From positions 189,484-253,483 of the forward strand of contig DAIMZL010000001.1 of assembly GCA_036733965.1 (NCBI GenBank): DNA of 64,000 nucleotides, given 5' to 3'. A program made the translations under genes and the position numbers. The stretch is from Melioribacteraceae bacterium (GTDB lineage: Bacteria; Bacteroidota; Ignavibacteria; Ignavibacteriales; Melioribacteraceae). Within the stretch, counting starts at the first letter, position 1, and every line of letters begins with the position of its first letter. The notes beneath the pieces are model-generated. The model searched no databases. It was not told the origin of the DNA and saw nothing but the letters and a program-made list of their open reading frames with translations. Below, piece by piece: positions 9,466 through 19,164 of the stretch.

Positions 9466-10141
9466 AGCAATTGTTTTTGATTTAGATAATACTTTAATGG
9501 ATTTTATGAAAATGAAAAAAAGAGGAATTGAGGCAGCAATTAACGCCATGATTGATGCCGGTTTAGAAATTACTTATGATGAAGCAATTGATAAAATAAA
9601 TAAAATATATCAAGCACAGGGTATGGAGTATCAACAAGTTTTTGACCAATTTTTGCAGAATGAGCTAAATAGGATTGATTATAAAATATTAGCATCCGGT
9701 ATCGTAGCTTATCGCAAAGCAAGAGAAGCCGAATTAAACCCTTACCCTCATGTTTTTCCGACACTTATCTGCTTACAGAAAATGGGCTTAAAACTTGGGA
9801 TTGTTTCTGATGCTCCTTCAAAAGAAGCATGGTTACGTTTAGCGTATTTAAATTTTCATCATATTTTTGACTCTATTGTAACATTCGATGATACTTATGA
9901 AAGAAAACCCTCACCAATTCCGTTCAAAACAATTCTAAACAAGCTTAATGTAATTCCAGAAGAAGCCTTAATGGTTGGTGATTGGGTTGAAAGAGATATT
10001 GTAGGTGCTTCAAATCTGGGAATGAAGACAGCTTTTGCAAAATATGGTGATACATTTAATACTGAAGCGCATAATGCCGATTTTGAATTAAATGATGTTA
10101 AAGAACTTGTTTCGATTGTTAAAAAACTAAATAATTTGTAA
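9446..10141 (+). CDS. HAD-superfamily hydrolase
   Basis: Motif I FDLDNTL, motif III KPSP and motif IV GDWVERDI. The start is probably the ATG at 9458 (MIKAIVFD). Confidence 0.75.
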   Translation: MEINMIKAIVFDLDNTLMDFMKMKKRGIEAAINAMIDAGLEITYDEAIDKINKIYQAQGMEYQQVFDQFLQNELNRIDYKILASGIVAYRKAREAELNPYPHVFPTLICLQKMGLKLGIVSDAPSKEAWLRLAYLNFHHIFDSIVTFDDTYERKPSPIPFKTILNKLNVIPEEALMVGDWVERDIVGASNLGMKTAFAKYGDTFNTEAHNADFELNDVKELVSIVKKLNNL

Positions 10142-10193
10142 AAATAAATTAAAGTTGTTTTTTAATTAAGATTTACAACTTGATTTATTTTAT

Positions 10194-10223
10194 ATAATTA
10201 CTTAAATTAATTAAAGTAATTAT
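10194..10223. promoter_or_regulatory. Perfect 10-bp inverted repeat upstream of the MerR-family gene (candidate operator)
   Basis: ATAATTACTT (10194-10203), a 10-nt spacer, then AAGTAATTAT (10214-10223). It ends 25 nt before the ATG at 10248. Confidence 0.3.
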
Positions 10224-10247
10224 TTTGATAATGTTTGGACAGCTGGA

Positions 10248-10610
10248 ATGAAAAAGTTATATTATTCTATAAGTGAAGTAAGCAAACTTGCTGAAGTAGA
10301 ACAATATATACTTCGTTATTGGGAAAGTGAATTTGAACAATTACGTCCTTCAAAAAACCGAGCCGGAAACAGAGTATATACAAACGAGGATATTAAGCTT
10401 ATATTCAAAATAAAAAAACTTCTCCGTGACGAAAAATATACCGTTGAAGGTGCTAAACGTGTATTATTTGAAGGTGATGATAAAGTTGAAAACGGTGATT
10501 CTGTTAATTCAGAATCTGAGGTTGAGGAAATTATTGACGAGAAAGAAAAATTAAAGCGTGATTTGATGGAACTGAGAAACTTTTTAGTCGATATTAAACG
10601 TTATCTATAA
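10248..10610 (+). CDS. MerR-family transcriptional regulator
   Basis: N-terminal HTH YSISEVSKLAEVEQYILRYWESEF...NRAGNRVYTNEDI followed by a coiled-coil tail. Confidence 0.75.
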   Translation: MKKLYYSISEVSKLAEVEQYILRYWESEFEQLRPSKNRAGNRVYTNEDIKLIFKIKKLLRDEKYTVEGAKRVLFEGDDKVENGDSVNSESEVEEIIDEKEKLKRDLMELRNFLVDIKRYL

Positions 10611-10631
10611 AATTAACGTTAAGGAGTAAAC

Positions 10632-10958
10632 ATGATTAACTTGGTTAAATTCAAAATTCCGATTCCGATTAAGGTAATTGAATCATTTCTTAATAACCCG
10701 TCTTATGAAATAAGAGAAGAAACAAATACTGTTGTTCTCGATTATTTTGAAACTGCATTAGATATAAAAATTAATCAAAATAGTGAAATAGAAGAAGTTT
10801 ATTGTTACGATGAATTTCTTTGCAACGAAGAAAACTTATTAGGATTTGCGTATGCAATACTACCCGAAGACGGTAATTATGTTACTGCTTTTGATAGTTT
10901 AGGTACCGAATATAAATATGATAAAAAATCACTTGAAGAGTTTTTAGAAGAATATTAA
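10632..10958 (+). CDS. Hypothetical acidic 108-aa protein
   Basis: ORF with GGAG-type RBS (aaggagtaaacATG) 21 nt after the MerR gene. No motif recognised. Confidence 0.35.
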   Translation: MINLVKFKIPIPIKVIESFLNNPSYEIREETNTVVLDYFETALDIKINQNSEIEEVYCYDEFLCNEENLLGFAYAILPEDGNYVTAFDSLGTEYKYDKKSLEEFLEEY

Positions 10959-11698
10959 TTCTTAGAATAGACTACAATTAAGTGTACCGGTTTATTAAAA
11001 ATTTTATTGAATATCCAATCAATAAGCTTCCATACTTTAAATGGCAAGTACTTTAAGATAATATACGTACGCAAGAATATTAATAATTTATTACCGAAGA
11101 TATAATATTTTATATTTGAATTTGGCAATTCTGATTGCAGATTTATAAAAAACTTTTCAGTAAAACTATGTAAATGTGCATGGATAGGTGTTTTTTTATT
11201 ACAATGAGTGCATAGAACGTACCTAAGTTTTTCATTATAGGGAGTGCTTATAATCAATTTTCCTTTTTTTGCTAAAAGCTTATATAGCGATTTTATAAAT
11301 TCATCCGGTTTTGTGACGTGTTCTATTACTTCGCTTGAAATAATTGTGTCAATTTTTTCGCTTTTTATTGACGGATTAAATGAATCGGTGACTAAGCCGG
11401 AATGATTAATTACATTTGTAATTTCTTTACTTTTCTTTACATTTTTATAAGCTAAGTCGGATGAGATTGTATTAAAATTTTTTTCACAAAAATATTTTGC
11501 AACCCAACCCGAACCGCATCCAATATCTAAAATGAAGTTAGAAGCTTTGGGAGTAACCGAAATAATATACTCCCTTAATCTTTTTTCATCATCTTTTGTT
11601 GCACCAAATCTTTCTTCAAAATAATCGAACTCTTCTGAATCAGTTTTATAATGTTCAATGTAATCGAACTTATTTTGCAACTTTAACCTCATCAACAT
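10955..11698 (-). CDS. Class I SAM-dependent methyltransferase
   Basis: Motif I ILDIGCGSGW and post-I/II pattern IISSEVIEHV. Confidence 0.7.
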   Translation of the reverse strand: MLMRLKLQNKFDYIEHYKTDSEEFDYFEERFGATKDDEKRLREYIISVTPKASNFILDIGCGSGWVAKYFCEKNFNTISSDLAYKNVKKSKEITNVINHSGLVTDSFNPSIKSEKIDTIISSEVIEHVTKPDEFIKSLYKLLAKKGKLIISTPYNEKLRYVLCTHCNKKTPIHAHLHSFTEKFFINLQSELPNSNIKYYIFGNKLLIFLRTYIILKYLPFKVWKLIDWIFNKIFNKPVHLIVVYSKN

Positions 11699-12983
11699 CG
11701 TTAACTAATGCAACCATTATAGCTGCTATAAATAATGATATACCTCCTAATAATAATGCATAAATTGCTTCACCTCCAAAAAAGTTTTTTACAAAAAAAC
11801 CCAATATTGCTGCAGCAATTATTTGTGGTATAACTATAAAAAAGTTAAAAATGCCCATATAAACTCCCATTCTTTCTTTAGGAAGTGCTCCTGCTAATAT
11901 TGCATAAGGCATTGAAAGAATAGAAGCCCAAGCAAGTCCGATTCCGATCTCGGAAATTATTAGCAAGTCGGGATTAATAATAAAATAAAACGAAATTAGC
12001 CCTAAGCCGCCAGCAACTAAACTTATAGCGTGAGTTATTTTTCTTGAAGTTTTATTTGCAATAACTGGAATTAAAAAAGCAAAAAGTGCAGCAAAAGCAC
12101 TGTATGAGGCAAATAATACTCCTACCCAATTAGCGCCGGTGTTATATTCAACAGATTTTGGATCGGTTGCTTTATAGATATGATGTGTAACTGCCGGAGT
12201 AGTGTAAATCCACATACAAAATAACGCAAACCAAGTAAAGAACTGAACAACGGCTAAAGTAATCATTGTTTTAGGCATTTTTATTAGCGAATCAAAAATT
12301 TCTTTTGTTCCTTTTGCAAAGCCCAAGTTTTCTTTTTTCTTATTCTCAAATTCAATAAGGTCTTCCGGTGGGTATTCTTTGGTCTTTAAAACAGTCCATA
12401 AAACAGCACCAAAAAAAGCGATTGCTCCTAAATAAAAAGAGAAAGCAACAGAATCCGGAATTTGACCGGTGTGGGCTTCGTTAGAAACTTTAAACCAATT
12501 TGTTAAAATATAAGGCAATGCACTTGCTACAACTGCACCAATACCTATAAAAAAGCTTTGTACGGCAAAACCTAAGGTTCTTTGCTCACTGGGTAACAAA
12601 TCGGCAACAAGTGCTCTAAAAGGTTCCATGCTTATATTTATTGATGCATCCATCAACCAAAGCATACCGGCAGCAACCCACAGGTAAGGAGAATTTGGCA
12701 TAATCAATAATCCTATTGAAGCTAAAATTGCTCCTATTAAAAAATAAGGTCTTCTTCTACCGAGTTTTGACCAAGTATTATCACTCATATAGCCAATTAT
12801 GGGCTGTACCAATAAACCCGTAACAGGAGCGGCAATCCATAGTATTGGTATATCATCAATTTTAGCACCCAATGTTTCAAAAATTCTGCTAACATTTGCA
12901 TTTTGTAAAGCAAAACCAAACTGAATGCCTAAAAATCCAAAACTCATATTCCAAATTTGCCAAAATGAAAGTCGTTGTTTCAT
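11670..12983 (-). CDS. MFS transporter (GPH/SLC45-like sugar:cation symporter family)
   Basis: About 12 predicted TM helices. The N-terminal FGFLGIQFGFALQ and GRRRPY loop motif are typical of this MFS subgroup. Substrate unknown. Confidence 0.7.
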   Translation of the reverse strand: MKQRLSFWQIWNMSFGFLGIQFGFALQNANVSRIFETLGAKIDDIPILWIAAPVTGLLVQPIIGYMSDNTWSKLGRRRPYFLIGAILASIGLLIMPNSPYLWVAAGMLWLMDASINISMEPFRALVADLLPSEQRTLGFAVQSFFIGIGAVVASALPYILTNWFKVSNEAHTGQIPDSVAFSFYLGAIAFFGAVLWTVLKTKEYPPEDLIEFENKKKENLGFAKGTKEIFDSLIKMPKTMITLAVVQFFTWFALFCMWIYTTPAVTHHIYKATDPKSVEYNTGANWVGVLFASYSAFAALFAFLIPVIANKTSRKITHAISLVAGGLGLISFYFIINPDLLIISEIGIGLAWASILSMPYAILAGALPKERMGVYMGIFNFFIVIPQIIAAAILGFFVKNFFGGEAIYALLLGGISLFIAAIMVALVNDVDEVKVAK

Positions 12984-13119
12984 TTAATTATCCTTTTATT
13001 AGATAAAAACTATTTGTTATTATTTTAGATATAAAATTACAAAAATGTTTTTAAATTTAATATAAATAAGGAATATTTTATTTTTTTTTCATATTTTCTA
13101 ATATTAAAATAAAATTACT

Positions 13120-14163
13120 ATGAACGAAGATAAAACAGTACAACGAAAAATTGAACACATCGACCTCTGTATAAATTCTGAGGTTGAATACTCAAAAAGT
13201 GCGGGTTTTGAAAAATATGAGTTCAAGCATAATGCCGTTACGTCTATTAGCTACGAAAAATTGGATTTAAGCAGGTTGTTTTTAGATAAAAAAATTGACT
13301 TTCCTTTTATAATCTCGTCTATGACCGGCGGAGCTAACGAATCATTAAATATTAACAAAAAGCTTGCAGAAGTAGCTGCTTGCTTAAATATTCCTATTGG
13401 TGCGGGAAGTCAAAGGCATGTATTAGAGTCTAATACATATGATGAATCTTTTTCTGTTTTACGTAAAATTGCACCTAATGTCCCAATATTCTCGAATCTC
13501 GGAATTTCGGAGGTTATATCTCTTTATAATAGCAATCAATTAAATATAACAAATAAATTGGTTGAATTGCTTGAATCAGATGCATTTTATATTCACCTTA
13601 ATACTGCACAAGAACTTTTTCAAGTTGAGGGTAATAAAGATTTTTCAAATCTTTTAGAAAGTATAGCCGAGCTTGTAAATACTATAAAAATTCCGGTTTT
13701 TATAAAAGAAGTAGGAAACGGTATCGATTATAATGCGGCTAAGCAACTTTTAGAACTTGGAGTTAAGGGGATTGATGTTGCAGGAAGCGGAGGAACAAAT
13801 TGGCAACTTATTGAAATGAAACGTTCGGGCATTATAAACGAAGAGTTTTTGGAATGGGGGCTTCCTACTACTTATTGTGTTAAAGAAGTGAATAAATTAA
13901 AAACGGAATATGATTTTTTTATTATAGCCTCAGGCGGTATAAAAAGTGGAATTGACATTGCAAAATCTTTTGCTTTAGGTGCAGATTTTGCTGCTTCGGC
14001 AAATATAATTTTAAAGTCAATAATAAATTCAGGTGTGGATTTAACAGTTAAAAATATTAAAGATTGGTTTGACGATGTAAAACGAGTAATGTTTTTAACA
14101 AATGCTAATAGAATTGAAGATTTAAGAAATGATAAACTAATTAAAATAGGAGAATTGTATTGA
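13120..14163 (+). CDS. fni: Type 2 (FMN-dependent) isopentenyl-diphosphate delta-isomerase
   Basis: RKIEHIDLC, ISSMTGG, GAGSQR and ASGGI motifs of IDI-2. Confidence 0.88.
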   Translation: MNEDKTVQRKIEHIDLCINSEVEYSKSAGFEKYEFKHNAVTSISYEKLDLSRLFLDKKIDFPFIISSMTGGANESLNINKKLAEVAACLNIPIGAGSQRHVLESNTYDESFSVLRKIAPNVPIFSNLGISEVISLYNSNQLNITNKLVELLESDAFYIHLNTAQELFQVEGNKDFSNLLESIAELVNTIKIPVFIKEVGNGIDYNAAKQLLELGVKGIDVAGSGGTNWQLIEMKRSGIINEEFLEWGLPTTYCVKEVNKLKTEYDFFIIASGGIKSGIDIAKSFALGADFAASANIILKSIINSGVDLTVKNIKDWFDDVKRVMFLTNANRIEDLRNDKLIKIGELY

Positions 14164-15152
14164 ACACTCCAAATTTAGATTTTAACGATTTTTATAATGT
14201 AGAACGTGAAATATTGGATAAAAAATTTGCTTCTTTATTAAAAAACAAAAAGCCAAAATCTTTATACGAACCGATTGACTATATTCTAATAAACGGAGGA
14301 AAAAGACTTAGACCAATACTTGTACTACTTTCATGTATTGCTGCCGGAGGAAAAAAAGAAAACGCCTATAATGCTGCACTTGCGGTTGAAATTTTGCATA
14401 ATTTTACTCTTGTTCACGACGATATAATGGATAATGCTCCAAAAAGGAGAGGATTACCTACTATTCATAAAAAATATGACTTAAGTACGGCAATTTTAGC
14501 AGGGGATAGTATGGTAGGTTTTGCTTATCAATATTTACTATTTGATTGTATTGATAACGATAAAACAGTTTTAAATACTTTTACTACCGGAGTAATTGAA
14601 GTATGTGAAGGTCAAGGTCTTGATAAAGAATTTGAAGGAAGGAATGATGTTTCGTTAAAAGAGTACTTAATAATGATTAAAAAGAAGACGGCTGCTTTAG
14701 TGGAAATGTGTTGCACTATAGGAGCACAATTAGCTCGAGCAGATTCATTGACTGTTAAGGCAATGGCAGATTTTGGAAACAATTTAGGTATGGCTTTTCA
14801 AATTCAAGATGACCTTTTAGATATTTTTGGAGACGAGAAAGAATTCGGAAAAAAAGTTGGCGGTGATTTACTTGAAGCAAAAAAAACTTATCTATTTTTA
14901 AAAGCGATTGAAAAAGCAGAAGGTGAAGACAAAAAGTTATTGATGAAAGTAATTGAACAAAACGGCGCTAAAAAATCAGAGATTCCTTTATATAGAGACT
15001 TGTATTACAAACTTGGGATTATTGAAGATGCTCAAAAAGTTATAAACTTATATACTAAGAAAGCATTAAATGCTATTAAAGTAATAAAATCTGACATAGC
15101 AAAAGAATATTTAATACAATTGGCACACTCATTAATTAAGAGAACTAAATAG
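14160..15152 (+). CDS. Polyprenyl (geranylgeranyl/farnesyl) diphosphate synthase
   Basis: First and second Asp-rich motifs LVHDDIMD and FQIQDDLLD, plus GKRLRP. The TTG start overlaps the fni stop (TTGA). Confidence 0.85.
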   Translation: MNTPNLDFNDFYNVEREILDKKFASLLKNKKPKSLYEPIDYILINGGKRLRPILVLLSCIAAGGKKENAYNAALAVEILHNFTLVHDDIMDNAPKRRGLPTIHKKYDLSTAILAGDSMVGFAYQYLLFDCIDNDKTVLNTFTTGVIEVCEGQGLDKEFEGRNDVSLKEYLIMIKKKTAALVEMCCTIGAQLARADSLTVKAMADFGNNLGMAFQIQDDLLDIFGDEKEFGKKVGGDLLEAKKTYLFLKAIEKAEGEDKKLLMKVIEQNGAKKSEIPLYRDLYYKLGIIEDAQKVINLYTKKALNAIKVIKSDIAKEYLIQLAHSLIKRTK

Positions 15153-15418
15153 TGATTGAAAAACAAGTTACGATTGTAAATAATGCAGGTTTGCATACCA
15201 GACCTGCCGCCATGTTAACTAAGCTTGCTTCTCGTTTTAAATCCGAGTTTTATATAGTTAAAAACGGGGTTAGCGTAAATGCGAAAAGTATAATAGGGGT
15301 TATGACTTTAGCTGCAGCAAAAGGAACGGTTCTTACATTGATTTTTGACGGAGAAGACGAGCAAGAAGCTTGTGAAGCGTTAACGGACTATTTTAATAGG
15401 GGTTTTGATGAGCCCTAA
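15152..15418 (+). CDS. ptsH: Phosphocarrier protein HPr
   Basis: His15 context NAGLHTRPAA and Ser46 context NAKSIIGVMTL are both present. The GTG start shares 1 nt with the upstream TAG stop. Confidence 0.88.
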   Translation: MIEKQVTIVNNAGLHTRPAAMLTKLASRFKSEFYIVKNGVSVNAKSIIGVMTLAAAKGTVLTLIFDGEDEQEACEALTDYFNRGFDEP

Positions 15419-15439
15419 TTTTTAAACGGGAGTAATACC

Positions 15440-17218
15440 ATGCAAAAGTCCTCATCTAATATTTTAAGCGGCATTGCCGCAGCACCCGGTTTAGCATTTT
15501 CTGAGTGTTACATTTATAAAAAAGAAAACTTGGAAATTACAAAACTTAAAATAGATGATTTTGAAGAAGCTAAACAAAATTTGTTAGATGCTTTGCAAAA
15601 ATCCAAAAAAGAGCTACTTAAAATTTTTAGTTTAGCTGTTGATAAATTGGGCGAAAACAGAGCTGCAATTTTTGAAGCACAAATTATGATTTTGGATGAT
15701 CCGATTTTGATTGGGAATATATTGCAACGAATGAAAGACGAGATGCTTAATGCAGAGTATATAGTTAACGATGAAATTACAAAATATCAAGAAATAATGA
15801 ATTCATCTGATGAACTTTATATGAAGGAGCGGTCGCTTGATTTAGAAGATATTAAGAATCGAATCATCAAAAATTTACAAAATAAAAGATGGCTTTCTAA
15901 AATAACCGGAGATGTAATTGTTGTTACGGATACACTTACTCCCGCCGATACGGTAGTGTTTGCAAAAGCAAAAGTTAAAGCTTTTGTGACCGATTTTGGA
16001 GGTTTAACATCTCACGCTGCTATTTTAGCTCGCTCGCTAAATATTCCTGCTGTTGTAGGTTTGCACGATGCAACAAAAAAAATAAGACACGGAGAAAAAA
16101 TAATTGTTGACGGATTTAACGGATTAGTAATTAAAAATCCAAATTCTAAACAGTTGAACTTTTATAATAAGAAGATTGAACAATTAAGTATTGTAAATTC
16201 GGAATTAGAAAAATCAGCTTATTTGCCGGCAAAAACCTTGGACGACAAAAGAATAGAGATATTAGGTAATCTTGACTTATTAGAAGAACTTGACATAATG
16301 CAAAAAAATGGAGCCGAAGGTATCGGATTAGTTAGAACAGAGCAGTTGTTTATCGAATCCATGGGGTTTCCTGATGAAAATGAACAATATTTAAGATATA
16401 CAGATATTGCACAAAAGGCATACCCATATGAAGTTGTTATTCGTATATTTGATACCGGAGGTGATAAAGTACTTCCTATTGACGTAAAAGAAGCCAATCC
16501 GTTTTTAGGCTGGCGAGGTGTGAGATTTTTACTCGACAATCCGGATTTATTAAGAACACAAGTTTTGGCTATTCAAAGAGCTAACCAATTAAATAATATT
16601 AAGTTATTAATTCCGATGGTTACTTCAGTTAACGAAGTCAGAAAAGTAAAGGCAATTTTAGACGAATGTTATCAACTTGTTATAAATGAAGGGCATAAAA
16701 ATCTTCAAAAAGTAAAAATTGGAACAATGATTGAAATTCCTTCTGCGGCAGTTATGACGGATGAATTTGCAGAAGAAGTTGATTTTTTAAGTATTGGTAC
16801 TAATGATTTAATACAGTTTTTACTTGCTGTTGATAGGGGTAATGATATAATTTCTTCCTTGTATCAGGAATTTCATCCGGCAGTTATAAAAACACTGAAT
16901 TATATAATTAAAACGGCAAAGCGAAATGATAAAAATGTAAAAGTAAGTTTATGCGGTGAAATGGCTGCCGATACTTTAGCTACTCCTTTACTTATTGGAT
17001 TAGGGCTGGAATCATTTAGTGTTTCGCCTGCTGCAATACCTTACCTAAAACAAGTAATCCTAAATCTTAACTTTTCAGAAGCAGAAGAACTTGCCGAATC
17101 CTGTTTAAAGCTTAAGACGGAAGAAGAAATAAATTCACTTTTACAAGGATTTTTTAATCAAAAAATTGCAAATAAAATAAATAACCTTTTTGGGGAAACA
17201 AATGAAAGATTTAATTAA
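15440..17218 (+). CDS. ptsI: PEP-protein phosphotransferase (PTS enzyme I)
   Basis: Active-site His region GGLTSHAAILARSLNIPAVVG and a PEP-utilising C-terminal TIM barrel (IGTNDLIQF, CGEMA). GGGAG RBS upstream. Confidence 0.92.
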   Translation: MQKSSSNILSGIAAAPGLAFSECYIYKKENLEITKLKIDDFEEAKQNLLDALQKSKKELLKIFSLAVDKLGENRAAIFEAQIMILDDPILIGNILQRMKDEMLNAEYIVNDEITKYQEIMNSSDELYMKERSLDLEDIKNRIIKNLQNKRWLSKITGDVIVVTDTLTPADTVVFAKAKVKAFVTDFGGLTSHAAILARSLNIPAVVGLHDATKKIRHGEKIIVDGFNGLVIKNPNSKQLNFYNKKIEQLSIVNSELEKSAYLPAKTLDDKRIEILGNLDLLEELDIMQKNGAEGIGLVRTEQLFIESMGFPDENEQYLRYTDIAQKAYPYEVVIRIFDTGGDKVLPIDVKEANPFLGWRGVRFLLDNPDLLRTQVLAIQRANQLNNIKLLIPMVTSVNEVRKVKAILDECYQLVINEGHKNLQKVKIGTMIEIPSAAVMTDEFAEEVDFLSIGTNDLIQFLLAVDRGNDIISSLYQEFHPAVIKTLNYIIKTAKRNDKNVKVSLCGEMAADTLATPLLIGLGLESFSVSPAAIPYLKQVILNLNFSEAEELAESCLKLKTEEEINSLLQGFFNQKIANKINNLFGETNERFN

Positions 17219-18236
17219 AAATTATGATTTAAGTAATCAAATTGATGTGCTTATAAATTCGTATGAACAAATAGAATATGCTAAAAATAATGAATATAGT
17301 TTTGAGAAAGATGATTTTTCGGGTATTAATAAGATTTTAATATGTGGAATGGGTGGTTCGGCAATAGGCGGAGAAGTTGTTGCAAATTTATTTAAAAATG
17401 AGATAAATTTGCCAATTTTTGTAAATAGAGGGTACGACATTCCGTTATTTGCAGATAAAGAAACTTTAGTAATCGTATCATCTTATTCGGGAAATACCGA
17501 AGAAAGTATTTCGGCGTTTTTGCAAGCCGTTAATAGAAGATGTAAAATAATTGCATTTTCTACAGGCGGAAAACTTGAAGAATTGTGTTCAGCTCATAAT
17601 CTACCTTTTATCAAACTAAAAAAAGGATATCACCCTCGTTTTGCATTATATTTAATCACTTTTACATTAATTAAAATATTTGAGAGGTTGGGCTTTATTA
17701 AAAATCAATCAATCTTTATTGATGAAAGTATTGAATTGTTAAAAAATAAAGCAAAGATTTATCAAGAAACAACATCGTTACCGTTAAACTTGGCATTAAA
17801 TTTAACCGGATTTACGCCATTAATTTATGGTGCTTACGAATTTAATAATTCGTTAGCTAATAGAATAAAAGGTCAATTTAACGAAAACTCTAAAATGCAT
17901 GCATTTTTTAATCTTTTACCAGAAATGAATCATAATGAGATAATTGGTTGGGAAACATATTCCGAAACAATATGTCGATTAAAAGTATTGTATTTAATGG
18001 ATGTAGATATGCACCAACGAATAAAAGTTAGATTTAATGTTTTAGAAAAATTGTTGTTAGAAAAAGGAGCGGAAATTATTAAATTAGAAAGTAGCGAAAA
18101 GAATTTTGGACTTCGTTTGATAGATCAAATTTATCTTTGTGATTGGATGACATATTATTTGGCATTAAACCGTAAGAAAGATCCGGCAGAAATTGACTAT
18201 ATTAATCATTTGAAGCAAGAATTATCTAAAATTTAA
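17190..18236 (+). CDS. Bifunctional phosphoglucose/phosphomannose isomerase (SIS domain)
   Basis: SIS motifs CGMGGSAIGG and SYSGNTEE and a bact-PGI_C-like tail. Overlaps the ptsI 3' end; the start may be the ATG at 17202. Confidence 0.75.
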   Translation: MGKQMKDLIKNYDLSNQIDVLINSYEQIEYAKNNEYSFEKDDFSGINKILICGMGGSAIGGEVVANLFKNEINLPIFVNRGYDIPLFADKETLVIVSSYSGNTEESISAFLQAVNRRCKIIAFSTGGKLEELCSAHNLPFIKLKKGYHPRFALYLITFTLIKIFERLGFIKNQSIFIDESIELLKNKAKIYQETTSLPLNLALNLTGFTPLIYGAYEFNNSLANRIKGQFNENSKMHAFFNLLPEMNHNEIIGWETYSETICRLKVLYLMDVDMHQRIKVRFNVLEKLLLEKGAEIIKLESSEKNFGLRLIDQIYLCDWMTYYLALNRKKDPAEIDYINHLKQELSKI

Positions 18237-18336
18237 TAGAAAAAGAAAAAAATAAATCATTTGCTTAATTATTTTGTTTGAAAAAAAGCAATTTAGTTAT
18301 ATTTTTGTGCACTTAATTAAAAAAAATCGGTTATAA

Positions 18337-18390
18337 TTCATAATCTGTATTTGAATATTTCTAAAAACTTGATTATGAAATATTTTTTTT
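18337..18390 (+). terminator. Stem-loop plus T8 tract between the PGI/PMI gene and yceD (possible terminator or leader structure)
   Basis: TTCATAATC (18337-18345) / GATTATGAA (18371-18379), a 9-bp stem with a 25-nt loop, followed by ATATTTTTTTTG. Confidence 0.3.
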
Positions 18391-18419
18391 GTATTTTAAT
18401 TATTTGAGTTTTTTATAAA

Positions 18420-18914
18420 ATGATAATTAAGTTTACAAATTACTTAGACGGAATTCATGAGTTTCGTTTTGATTCCACTGCCAAAGAACTTGGATTGCCG
18501 GAAGAGTTTTATAAAGGAGTTCAAGTTGATGTAGTGATGGATAAATCTATACATCAACTTGTATTGGATTGTAAACTAAAGACAAGTGCTCTTTTAAATT
18601 GTGATAGATGTACAGAACCATTTGATTTAAACATATTTACAGAGTTTAGGCTTGTTTATTTGTTTAAATCGAGAAGTGATGACGAAGGTGAAAATTTAAA
18701 TTTAATTTATCTTTCACCTGACGATACAAAAATAAATATTACTGAAGAAGTAAAAGAATATTGTATGCTCTCAATTCCTTTAAAATTGCTTTGTAAAGAG
18801 GATTGTAAAGGATTATGCACTATTTGCGGAATCAATCTTAACATAGAATCATGTGATTGTAAAAGAGAGAAAAGCAACCCTATATGGGAAAAATTGAATA
18901 AGTTAAAAGAATAA
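18420..18914 (+). CDS. yceD: DUF177/YceD-family protein
   Basis: C-terminal Cys cluster ([20 protein letters not shown]) and position immediately upstream of rpmF-plsX, as in many bacteria. Confidence 0.75.
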   Translation: MIIKFTNYLDGIHEFRFDSTAKELGLPEEFYKGVQVDVVMDKSIHQLVLDCKLKTSALLNCDRCTEPFDLNIFTEFRLVYLFKSRSDDEGENLNLIYLSPDDTKINITEEVKEYCMLSIPLKLLCKEDCKGLCTICGINLNIESCDCKREKSNPIWEKLNKLKE

Positions 18915-18933
18915 TAAAGTAAAAGGTAGAAAT

Positions 18934-19113
18934 ATGCCAAATCCAAAACGTAGAATGTCGAAAAGCAGAAGAGACAAAAGAAGAGCTAATTATAAAGCAA
19001 CTGCTCCTACTTTAGGAAAATGTTCAAACTGCGGTGAATTGAAATTAAGCCATAGAGCATGCCCAAGCTGCGGTCAATATTCGGGCAAATCGATGTTTGT
19101 TCCTGAAGCATAA
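18934..19113 (+). CDS. rpmF: 50S ribosomal protein L32
   Basis: Not in the supplied ORF track (59 aa). I translated [59 protein letters not shown] by hand. AAAGGTAG RBS and a zinc-ribbon CxxC..CxxC. Confidence 0.9.
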   Translation: MPNPKRRMSKSRRDKRRANYKATAPTLGKCSNCGELKLSHRACPSCGQYSGKSMFVPEA

Positions 19114-19164
19114 GTTTAACTGCACTCGAGGATAGTTCTGAAAAGCAGAATTGTTATTGATACT

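Noticed and set aside
18375-18407. 10-codon uORF (MKYFFCILII) upstream of yceD as a leader peptide
   Set aside because: Short AT-rich ORFs of this kind are expected by chance. There is no RBS and no attenuator logic that I could build.
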